Shown here: positions 21,870 through 29,950 of the stretch, in pieces
How positions within the stretch are numbered: position 1 is the first letter of the stretch
Layout of the letters: each line of letters starts with the position of its first letter
DNA from: an uncultured Chloroflexia bacterium
GTDB taxonomy: Bacteria; Chloroflexota; Limnocylindria; Limnocylindrales; CSP1-4
Assembly: GCA_963833535.1 (NCBI GenBank)
Contig: CAWHYC010000008.1
Span: 457,738 to 521,737 of the forward strand
Direction: 5' to 3'
Length of the DNA stretch: 64,000 bases
Translations under genes and position numbers: made by a program
The notes under the pieces: model-generated
Seen by the model: only the letters and a program-made list of their open reading frames with translations
Told to the model about the DNA's origin: nothing
The model's database searches: none

Positions 21870-22820
21870 GTGCCGGATCCGATCTTCGAACGCTACAAGG
21901 AGGCCCTCAAGGCGGGTCACGTGGCCGTCCTGCGCGGCCGCTCCGACGAGGCCATCGCGCACTATCGGGAAGCGGCCGAGATCGCGCCCGACCGCCCGCT
22001 ACCGCACACCAGCCTCGGCGGTGTGCTGGTGCGCGAGGGTCGGCTCGAGGAGGCGTTGGCGGCCTACTCGCGAGCCCTCGGCCGGGCGCCGCGCGATGAG
22101 GCCGCCCTGAGCGGTCGTGCCGAGGCCCTGCTGGCCGCTGGCCGACAGGCCGAGGCGGCCGAGATCCTCGAGCGGCTGGCGGACGTGCAGGCCAAGACCG
22201 ACCGGCGGCCCGAGGCGCTGGCCACGCTCCGTCGAGCTGAGGCCCTCGAGAGCAGCCGCGCCCGTCGTCGGCGGATCAAGGAGCTCGAGGCGATCGATGC
22301 GCCGGCCCGGCCGGTCCGGACCCGCATCACATCCCGTCTGCCCCGTCCGCGCGCCAGGCGAGCCGCCGCCGTGGCGCCAGCGGCAGCCGACGCGGACGGG
22401 GCGGCGCCCGCCGCGGCGCTGACCGCCGCGCCGGCCCCGCCCGATCCCGAGACGCTCCTGGCCTCCGCCAATGCCCTGCTCGATGATGATCGGCCGGTCG
22501 AGGCGGCCGAGGCCTATGCTGCGGCCGCCGCCGCCTTCCAGCGCATCGACGAGCCCGCTGCCGCCTTCGATGCCTGCCAACGCGGGCTCGAAGCTTCGCC
22601 GGGCACGGCCATCGTGCACGTCGAATTGGCCCGGCTCTACCTCGCCCGTGGCTGGCGCGACCGCGCGGCCGAAAAGCTGCTGCTGCTCGACCGCCTGATG
22701 CTCGTCGCGGACGACGAGCCAGGCCACCAGGCAGCCGTCGCGCTGGGCCAGGCGGCGCTCGCCGACGAACCGCGCATCGCGGCCTGGCTCGCCGCTGCCG
22801 GCGCTCCTGATCGCGGCTGA
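21870..22820 (+). CDS. TPR-repeat protein, function unknown
   Basis: In-frame GTG 21870 after AGGGAG. Repeated Ala-rich helical hairpins (EAIAHYREAAEIAPD, EEALAAYSRALGRAPRD, ...) are typical of TPR. The start is less certain. Confidence 0.6.
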   Translation: MPDPIFERYKEALKAGHVAVLRGRSDEAIAHYREAAEIAPDRPLPHTSLGGVLVREGRLEEALAAYSRALGRAPRDEAALSGRAEALLAAGRQAEAAEILERLADVQAKTDRRPEALATLRRAEALESSRARRRRIKELEAIDAPARPVRTRITSRLPRPRARRAAAVAPAAADADGAAPAAALTAAPAPPDPETLLASANALLDDDRPVEAAEAYAAAAAAFQRIDEPAAAFDACQRGLEASPGTAIVHVELARLYLARGWRDRAAEKLLLLDRLMLVADDEPGHQAAVALGQAALADEPRIAAWLAAAGAPDRG

Positions 22821-22909
22821 GCGATCGCGCCCGGCCGCCCGCGAGGCGGTGGCCGACGATCCCTGCCAGGGGCCCGCGAGCCGTCGCGGCCGGGGCGGAA
22901 GGGGCCCTA

Positions 22910-22918
22910 TGCTACGAT
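22910..22918 (+). promoter_or_regulatory. Candidate extended -10 element (TGCTACGAT) 9 nt upstream of the cdaA ATG
   Basis: TGnTAnnnT pattern read directly. No Shine-Dalgarno sequence between it and ATG 22928, which implies a leaderless or near-leaderless mRNA. Confidence 0.4.
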
Positions 22919-22927
22919 CGGTCGACC

Positions 22928-23884
22928 ATGGAACGCCTCCTGGACGCGCTCACCAGTGTCGAGATCGAACCGATCGCGATCGTCGACATCGTCCTCACGG
23001 CGCTCCTCTTCTACTGGCTCTTCAGCCTCATCCGCGGCACGCGTGCCGTGCGACTCGTCATCGGCGTCATCTCGCTCTACGTGGTCTACGCCGCGGCGCA
23101 GTTCTTCGGCCTCCAGCTCCTCTCGCAGCTGATGCAGACCGGGGCCGTGGTCGGTCTCCTGGCCCTCGTCGTCGTCTTCCAGCCGGAGTTGCGTCGCGCC
23201 CTCGAGCGCATCGGGCGCTTCGGCTCGCTGTCCTGGCTGTGGTCGGGCTCGCAGGGTGAGCTGCACCGGGTCGCCGAGATCGTCGCCCGAGCCGCCGCCC
23301 AGCTCTCGGCGGACCGCGTCGGCGCGCTGATCGTGCTCGAGCGCGAGACGGGCCTCGAGGACATGGCCGAGGGGGGCGTGATGCTCCACGCGGAACTCTC
23401 CAGCGAGCTGCTGCGCACGATCTTCACGCCGCGTTCCGCGTTGCATGACGGGGCCGTGCTGGTGCGCGGCGACCAGGTCGTGGCGGCGGGCATCGTGCTG
23501 CCGCTGGGCGAGACGTCCATCCAGGCCGAGCGCCTGGGGACGCGCCACCGGGCTGCCGTCGGGATCACCGAACAGACCGACGCGGTGGTCGTCGTGGTCA
23601 GCGAGGAGAGCGGCTCGATCGCCCTCGTCGAGCGTGCCCGCATCGTTCGCCAGCTCGACGAGGACCGGCTGCGCTCAGCGCTCGGCGCCCTGCTGCAGCC
23701 GGCCGCGGTACGCAGTCGGGCAGCCCGGGCCAGCGGCGCCCAGGCCGTCCGCGGCATCCGGTCCTTGCGCCCGCCGCGACGATCGGCGGCCGTCGATGAG
23801 GCCGCCCCGGAGGCGCCACCGGGCAGCCCGGTGAGCGCTTCGCCCGTCCCCGCCACGGCCGAAGGCGGTAAGCAGGGGACGTGA
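22928..23884 (+). CDS. cdaA: Diadenylate cyclase CdaA (membrane-anchored, DisA_N/DAC domain)
   Basis: 318 aa. Three N-terminal hydrophobic helices. DAC domain with GALIVLERETGL, HDGAVLV, LGTRHRAAVGITEQTDAVVVVVSEESG. Followed by cdaR and glmM as in the known cdaA-cdaR-glmM operon. Confidence 0.9.
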   Translation: MERLLDALTSVEIEPIAIVDIVLTALLFYWLFSLIRGTRAVRLVIGVISLYVVYAAAQFFGLQLLSQLMQTGAVVGLLALVVVFQPELRRALERIGRFGSLSWLWSGSQGELHRVAEIVARAAAQLSADRVGALIVLERETGLEDMAEGGVMLHAELSSELLRTIFTPRSALHDGAVLVRGDQVVAAGIVLPLGETSIQAERLGTRHRAAVGITEQTDAVVVVVSEESGSIALVERARIVRQLDEDRLRSALGALLQPAAVRSRAARASGAQAVRGIRSLRPPRRSAAVDEAAPEAPPGSPVSASPVPATAEGGKQGT

Positions 23885-25125
23885 CCCGGCTGACCGGGCT
23901 CATCACCCACAACTGGCCGCTCAAGCTTGCCGCCATCGCCCTCGCCACGGTGCTCTACGCCGGGCTCGCGCTCTCCCAGAACGCGCGTGTCTGGCCCGGC
24001 CGGGTGCCCATCGAGGCTGTCAACCAGCCCAGCGGCGCCTTCCTCCTCGAGAGCCTCGGCGACGTGACCACCATCCGCTACTATGCGCCGGCGGACGTCG
24101 CCGGACGGATCTCCAGCAGTGACTTCCAGGCCGTGGTCGACCTGTCCACGGTCACGCCCGTGCTCGGCGGCAGCCCCGTCTCGGTGCCGGTCGAGGTCAT
24201 CCCGCTCGATCCGCGCATCAAGGTCCTCGACTACTCGCCGGACCGGGTGGCGGTCCGCCTCGACCCGGTCATCACCCGTACCGTGCCCATCACCGTCGAG
24301 CGTGGCACCATCCCCGCCGGCCTCCAGATCGGCGATCCCGTGCTCAGCGCCCAGACGGCCGCCGTGCGCGGCGCCAGCTCGCTCGTGCAGCGTGTCGAGA
24401 CCGTCAGCGCACGTGTCGCTATCGATCCGACCGGCATCAACGTCGACGGCGAGGTCGACCTGGTCGCGCTCGACGCCCGCGGGGACATCGTGGCCCCGGT
24501 CGACATCGAACCCGATCGCGTCCATGTGACCATCATCGTCGGCCGCGAGACGGCTAGCCGCTCGGTGCCCGTGGCGCCCGACCTGACCGGGGCGCCCGAG
24601 GCCGGCTGGAGCGTTCGGTCGGTCTCGGTCGAGCCTCTGGTCGTCACCATCCGGGGGCCACTCGACGCGGTGACCGCCATGACCTCGATCGCGACCGAGC
24701 CGATCCCGCTCGCGGGACGCACCTCCGACCTGACGACCACGGTCGGCCTGGTAACCCCGGACGGCATCGAGGTCGTCGATGGAGGTCCGGTGCGCGTGAC
24801 CGTCAGGATCGCCGCCGATCGAGGCAGCCGCTCGTTCGGCGTCGGCCTGCTGCCGACCGGCCCGGCTGCCGGCTTCAGCTACGCCCTGTCGGTGCCCGAC
24901 GTGCTCGTCACGCTCGGCGGCACCAGCGCGGCCCTCGACGCCATCGACCCGACGAAGCTGAGCGCGACCGTCCCGGTCGGCGGTCTCGACCCGGGCACGC
25001 ATGCCGTCGATGTCGTCTTCAAGGCGCCCGACGGCACCAGCCTGGTGGCCATTAGCCCGGCCAGCGTGACGGTCACGGTGGCGCCGATCGCCGCTCTGAG
25101 CCCGACACCGACCCCGGCGCCCTGA
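23881..25125 (+). CDS. cdaR: YbbR-domain protein, CdaA regulator CdaR
   Basis: 414 aa, GTGA overlap with cdaA. N-terminal membrane anchor, then repeated beta-rich modules of about 90 aa (V..V.V..V.., YbbR-like). Operon position. Confidence 0.8.
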   Translation: MTRLTGLITHNWPLKLAAIALATVLYAGLALSQNARVWPGRVPIEAVNQPSGAFLLESLGDVTTIRYYAPADVAGRISSSDFQAVVDLSTVTPVLGGSPVSVPVEVIPLDPRIKVLDYSPDRVAVRLDPVITRTVPITVERGTIPAGLQIGDPVLSAQTAAVRGASSLVQRVETVSARVAIDPTGINVDGEVDLVALDARGDIVAPVDIEPDRVHVTIIVGRETASRSVPVAPDLTGAPEAGWSVRSVSVEPLVVTIRGPLDAVTAMTSIATEPIPLAGRTSDLTTTVGLVTPDGIEVVDGGPVRVTVRIAADRGSRSFGVGLLPTGPAAGFSYALSVPDVLVTLGGTSAALDAIDPTKLSATVPVGGLDPGTHAVDVVFKAPDGTSLVAISPASVTVTVAPIAALSPTPTPAP

Positions 25126-25129
25126 CACG

Positions 25130-26460
25130 ATGGGACGACTGTTCGGTACTGACGGCATCCGCGGCACGGCCAACGTCGATCTCAAGCCTGCCCTCGCGCA
25201 GGCGCTCGGGCGGGCGACCGTCGAGGCCCTGGTGCCGGTCGGCGGGGCGGTCCTCGTCGGCCGCGACACGCGCCGTTCCGGGGACATGCTGGTAGCCGCC
25301 ATCGTGGCCGGCGTGACGTCCATGGGCGCCGACGTCCACCGGCTCGGCGTCGTGCCCACACCGGCCCTCGCCTTCCTGACCGGGGAGGGGCCCTTCCAGG
25401 CCGGCATCATGGTCAGCGCCTCCCACAATCCGGCCGACGACAACGGCCTGAAGGTCATCGGTGGCGATGGCATGAAGCTCGACGATGCACAGGAGGAGGC
25501 GCTCGACGACCTCATCTGGCGTGCCGACGAATTCGTGGGGCCGACCAACGACGCGCTCGGCCGCGACATCGACGCCACGGGCCACCTTGATCGCTACCTG
25601 GAGCACCGGACGGCGCTCGCGCGGCGGATCCGGTCGGACTTGCGCATCGTCGTCGATTGCGCCAACGGCGCCGGAGGCGTCGTTGCCCCGCAGCTGCTGG
25701 TCGCCACCGGCGCCTCCGTGGAAGTCATCTTCGACGCTCCTGACGGCTCCAACATCAACCTCGGCTGCGGCGCCACGGCACCCGAAGCGCTCGCTCGTCG
25801 GGTGGCCGAGAGCGGCGCCGATGTCGGCTTCGCCCTCGACGGGGACGCTGACCGCTGCGTGGCCGTCGACGAGCGCGGCCGGATCGTCGATGGCGACCAG
25901 CTCATCGGCATGCTGGCGCTCGAGCGTCTTCGTCGTGGCGCCCTGGGCGGCAGCACGCTCGTCGTCAGCGTCCTCTCCAACGGTGGCCTGGCGACCGTCG
26001 TCGAGGGTGCCGGCGGGCGCGTCGTGCGCACGCCGGTCGGCGACCGCTACATCCTCGACGCGATGCTCGTGGCGGGCGCCGGCCTGGGGGGGAGAAGAGT
26101 GGCCATGTCATCGTCGCCGAGCACGCCTCGACGGGTGATGGTGTACTCACGGCGATCGAGGTGCTGCGTGTCATAGCGGACGCCGGGCGGCCGCTCTCGG
26201 AGCTGGCCGCGCAGGTGCCGCTCTACCCGCAGGAGCAGCGCGCGGTGCACGTCCGCCACAAGGACCAGTGGCAGGCCGATGGACGGCTCGCCGCCGCCGT
26301 CCGCGCGGCCGAGGCCGAGCTGGCCGGGCATGGGCGCGTGCTCGTCCGTCCCTCGGGCACGGAGGCCGCCCTGCGCATCATGGTCGAGGGCGAGGATGTG
26401 ACTCGCGTGGCCGAGCTCGCCGACGCGTTGGCTGCCCTCGCCGCCGAGCGTCTACACTGA
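25130..26460 (+). CDS. glmM: Phosphoglucosamine mutase (one frame break in a G7 run at 26086-26092)
   Basis: MGRLFGTDGIRG..., phosphoserine loop SASHNPADDNG, and DGDADR. After the G-run the expected GEKSGHVIVAEHASTGDGVLTAIEVLRVIA...RPSGTE continues in the 26161..26460 frame. Confidence 0.9.
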
Positions 26461-26494
26461 CGCCCCCCTGACCGCCGGGAGAGCGCCAGCCAGC

Positions 26495-28321
26495 ATGTGT
26501 GGGATCGTCGGCTACATCGGGCCGCGTGAGGCCGCGCCCATCCTGCTCGAGGGCCTGGCGCGCCTGGAGTACCGCGGCTACGACTCGGCTGGCATCGCGC
26601 TGGTTACCACCGACGGCGAGCTGTTCATCGAGAAGCGAGCCGGCAAGCTCGGCAACCTGCGCACGGCGTTGCTCGACGTCACGCCATCTGCGGCCATCGG
26701 TCTGGCCCATACGCGCTGGGCGACGCACGGACGCCCGAACGACCTGAACGCGCACCCGCACATCGATTGCACGGGCGACATCACGGTCATCCACAACGGC
26801 ATCATCGAGAACTTCCAGGAGCTCCGCGACGGCCTGGCGGCGCGCGGCCACAAGCTCCGCTCGGAGACCGATACCGAGGCCCTGGCGCACCTCGTCGAGG
26901 AGGCCTACCGGGGCGACCTGGCCGATGCCGTTCGACACACCCTGGCCCAGGCCGAGGGCGCCTACGCGGTCGCCGTCATGCATCGCGCCGAGCCGGGTCG
27001 GCTGGTGGGCGCCCGCCAGGACGTGCCGCTGGTCGTCGGGCTGGGCGACGGGGAGACCTTCCTGGCCTCCGACGTGGCCGCCGTCCTGGCCCATACCGAC
27101 CGGGTCATCTTCCTCGAGGAGGGGGACGTGGCCGACCTGCATGCCGACGGCGTCGTCGTGACCGGGGTCGACGGTCAGCGACGGGAGCGCGACGTCCACG
27201 TCATCGACTGGTCGATCGAGGCCGCCGAGAAGGGCGGCTACGCCCATTTCATGCTCAAGGAGATGCACGAGCAGCCGGTCGCCGTGCGCTCCGCCATCGC
27301 CGGCCGCATCCACGAGAGCTCGATACGCGTCCCGGAGCTCGACGACCTCGTCGAGCGCATCGTGGCCGCCGACCGGGTCGAGATCGTCGCCTGTGGCAGC
27401 GCTTCATACGCCGCTATCGTCGGTGCCACCGCCATCCAGGCCTGGGCCGGGTTGCCGGCCCGCGCGACGGTCGGCTCCGAGTTCCGCTACTCGCCACCGC
27501 CGCTCGATGCGCGGACCCTGGTCATCGCCGTCACCCAGTCGGGCGAGACGGCCGACACCATCGCGCCGACGCGCTACGCGCGTCAGCAGGGCTGCGCCGT
27601 GATCGCGGTCACCAACACGGTCGGCTCCGCCATCACGCGCGAGTGCGACGCGGTCCTCTTCCTGCAGGCCGGTCCCGAGATCGCGGTCGCCGCCTCCAAG
27701 ACCTTCGTGACCCAGGTCACCACGCTGGTCATCCTGGCGGCCGCCATCGCCAAGCTCCGTGGCCGACTCGCGGCGGACGAGGAGGCGACGCTGGTGGCGG
27801 CGCTGCGGGCCCTGCCGGACCAGGTCCAGCGGACGCTCGACGGAGCCGGTGACATGGCCATCGTCGCGCGGCGCTACGTCAACTCGCGCGGCTTCATGTT
27901 CGTCGGTCGCGGCATGGGCTACCCGGTCGCGCTGGAGGGCGCTCTCAAGCTCAAGGAGGTCAGCTACGTGCACGCCGAAGGCTATGCCGCCGGCGAGCTG
28001 AAGCACGGACCGATCTCGCTCCTCGACGCCGAGTGTCCGCTGGTCGCTGTTGCGACGCGGTCGCCGGTCTACGACAAGGTCGTCAGCAACGTCATGGAGG
28101 GCCGGGCTCGCGACGCGCGCATCATCGCGGTCGCCACCGAGGGCGATCCGACCATCGCTTCGATCGCCGATGAGGTCTTCTGGGTGCCGGAGACGATCGA
28201 TGCCCTGAGCCCCGTGCTGGCCATCGTCCCCCTCCAGCTCTTCGCCTACCAGACGGCCGTCGCGCGCGGCACGGACGTGGATCAGCCGCGCAACCTCGCC
28301 AAGTCGGTCACCGTCGAGTAG
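26495..28321 (+). CDS. glmS: Glutamine--fructose-6-phosphate aminotransferase
   Basis: Intact, 608 aa. MCGIVGY (Cys2 nucleophile), two SIS domains, and a C-terminal ...NLAKSVTVE. Confidence 0.97.
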   Translation: MCGIVGYIGPREAAPILLEGLARLEYRGYDSAGIALVTTDGELFIEKRAGKLGNLRTALLDVTPSAAIGLAHTRWATHGRPNDLNAHPHIDCTGDITVIHNGIIENFQELRDGLAARGHKLRSETDTEALAHLVEEAYRGDLADAVRHTLAQAEGAYAVAVMHRAEPGRLVGARQDVPLVVGLGDGETFLASDVAAVLAHTDRVIFLEEGDVADLHADGVVVTGVDGQRRERDVHVIDWSIEAAEKGGYAHFMLKEMHEQPVAVRSAIAGRIHESSIRVPELDDLVERIVAADRVEIVACGSASYAAIVGATAIQAWAGLPARATVGSEFRYSPPPLDARTLVIAVTQSGETADTIAPTRYARQQGCAVIAVTNTVGSAITRECDAVLFLQAGPEIAVAASKTFVTQVTTLVILAAAIAKLRGRLAADEEATLVAALRALPDQVQRTLDGAGDMAIVARRYVNSRGFMFVGRGMGYPVALEGALKLKEVSYVHAEGYAAGELKHGPISLLDAECPLVAVATRSPVYDKVVSNVMEGRARDARIIAVATEGDPTIASIADEVFWVPETIDALSPVLAIVPLQLFAYQTAVARGTDVDQPRNLAKSVTVE

Positions 28322-28325
28322 CGCC

Positions 28326-28910
28326 GTGGCCGCGCTCCCCTCCGTGCCCGACGGGACGACCGAGCTGGGCATCGACATCATCGACGTCGAGCGTATCCGG
28401 ACCACGCTGGAGCGCTTCGGCGCCCGCTTCGCGCGACGCGTGCTGACCGACGCGGAAGCTGCCTACGTGCGCGGCCGTCCCGAGACCATGGCCGGCCGCT
28501 GGGCCGCCAAGGAGGCCGTCAGCAAGGTCCTCGGGCTCGGCGTCCGCGGCGTCGGCTGGCGGGAGATCGAGATCGTCCGCCTGCCCACCGGCCAGCCCAG
28601 CGTGCGTCTCCACGACCGGGCCAGGCGTCGCGCCGAGCAGCTCGGCATGAGCCGCATCGCGGTCTCCATCAGCCACGAGCGCACGTACGCCGTGGCCATC
28701 GCCTTCGGCGTGCGCACTGCCGGTGGCGCCTATGTCTTCCCGATCGACATCGAGGATCGCCTCGACGATCGCGAACGGCAGATCCTGGCGCGCATCGAGC
28801 GGCTCAGGGGCCTCGGTCGCGAGTTGCCCGACGCTGGACCCGAGCCGAAGCTCGACCGGGGACCCGCCTCCGGACTGGGCGCCGAGGCGGAGGGATCGGT
28901 CTCCGGATGA
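28326..28910 (+). CDS. acpS: Holo-[acyl-carrier-protein] synthase with a C-terminal extension of about 65 aa
   Basis: GTG start. LGIDIIDVERI...RWAAKEAVSKVLG...SISHERTYAVA is the AcpS 4'-phosphopantetheinyl transferase fold. Extra charged/Gly-rich tail. Confidence 0.85.
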   Translation: MAALPSVPDGTTELGIDIIDVERIRTTLERFGARFARRVLTDAEAAYVRGRPETMAGRWAAKEAVSKVLGLGVRGVGWREIEIVRLPTGQPSVRLHDRARRRAEQLGMSRIAVSISHERTYAVAIAFGVRTAGGAYVFPIDIEDRLDDRERQILARIERLRGLGRELPDAGPEPKLDRGPASGLGAEAEGSVSG

Positions 28911-29950
28911 TGGCCGCTGTCGGCGAGCCGATCGTCCTCGACGATGCCATGGTCCGTGCCTTGCTGCCGACGCGCGAGCCGCGTGGCCACAAGGGGACGA
29001 GCGGCAAGCTCTTGATCGTGGCAGGCTCGATCGACTACCTCGGCGCCGCGCTGCTAGCCGTGCGCGCGGCGGGTCGAGCCGGCGCCGGGCTAGTGCGCTT
29101 GGCTGTGCCCATCAGCCTCCAGCCGATGGTCGCCGGCCGGGTCGTCGAGGCCGTCACCATCGGCCTGCCGGAGACGGACATGGTGGGCGAGGTGGACGCG
29201 TCGGCGGCCCTCGACCAGCTGCTCGACCTCGACCACGATGCGGCCGTCATCGGGCCCGGCCTGCGACCCGGCCTGTCGACCGTCGACCTCGTGCTCGACT
29301 ACCTCTCGGCTGTCGGCGAGCGCACGCCGGCCGTGGTCGATGCCGAGGGGCTCAATTCGCTCTCGACCGTCGAATCCTGGTGGGAGCGCGTCGGGCGGCC
29401 CTGCGTACTGACGCCCCACGTCGGCGAGCTGACCCGCCTGATGGCGGCGGCCGGCGACCGCTTCGAGTCGATCCCCGACGACCTGGTAACGGACGACCAG
29501 GCGCGGGTGGCCGCTGCCTCCAATGCCGCGGTCACGTGGGGACAGGTCGTCGTGCTCAAGGGTGCCCGGACCGTCATCGCCGGTGGCGAGCCCGATCCGA
29601 GCGCAAGCGCGGTGGCACCATTCGAGAACCCCGCCCTCGCCACGGCCGGCACCGGCGACGTGCTGGCCGGCACCATCGGGGCCCTGCTCGCCCAGGGCTG
29701 CTCACCCGTCGCCGCGGCACGAGCGGGCGTCTATCTGCACGGCGCGGCGGGCGAGGTCGCCCGCGAGCGGTACGGGGCGGCTGGTGTCGTGGCGTCCGAT
29801 CTGCCCGACGAGATCGCCCGCGTTCGCCGGCGGCTGGAGCTGGCCGCGGAACGCGCCCGAAGCGGACGTCGGCTCGGCTTCGAGGTCGGGGCGAGGCCGT
29901 CAGATGGCGAGGGACCAGCCGAAGGTGGCGAGCGAGGCGGAGCCTCCTGA
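28907..29950 (+). CDS. nnrD: ADP-dependent NAD(P)H-hydrate dehydratase (YjeF C-terminal-type domain only)
   Basis: 347 aa, ATGA overlap with acpS. HKGTSGKLLIVAGS..YLGAALLA, VLTPH.GE and ATAGTGDVLAGTIGALLAQG match the carbohydrate-kinase-like YjeF_C domain. No YjeF_N epimerase domain is seen. Confidence 0.85.
   Translation: MMAAVGEPIVLDDAMVRALLPTREPRGHKGTSGKLLIVAGSIDYLGAALLAVRAAGRAGAGLVRLAVPISLQPMVAGRVVEAVTIGLPETDMVGEVDASAALDQLLDLDHDAAVIGPGLRPGLSTVDLVLDYLSAVGERTPAVVDAEGLNSLSTVESWWERVGRPCVLTPHVGELTRLMAAAGDRFESIPDDLVTDDQARVAAASNAAVTWGQVVVLKGARTVIAGGEPDPSASAVAPFENPALATAGTGDVLAGTIGALLAQGCSPVAAARAGVYLHGAAGEVARERYGAAGVVASDLPDEIARVRRRLELAAERARSGRRLGFEVGARPSDGEGPAEGGERGGAS

Noticed and set aside
26461-26494. 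A glmS ribozyme upstream of glmS, or a c-di-AMP (ydaO-type) riboswitch near cdaA.
   Set aside because: The glmM-glmS gap is only 34 nt, far too short for the ribozyme of about 170 nt. The 107-nt region upstream of cdaA shows none of the conserved riboswitch helices that I can recognise.
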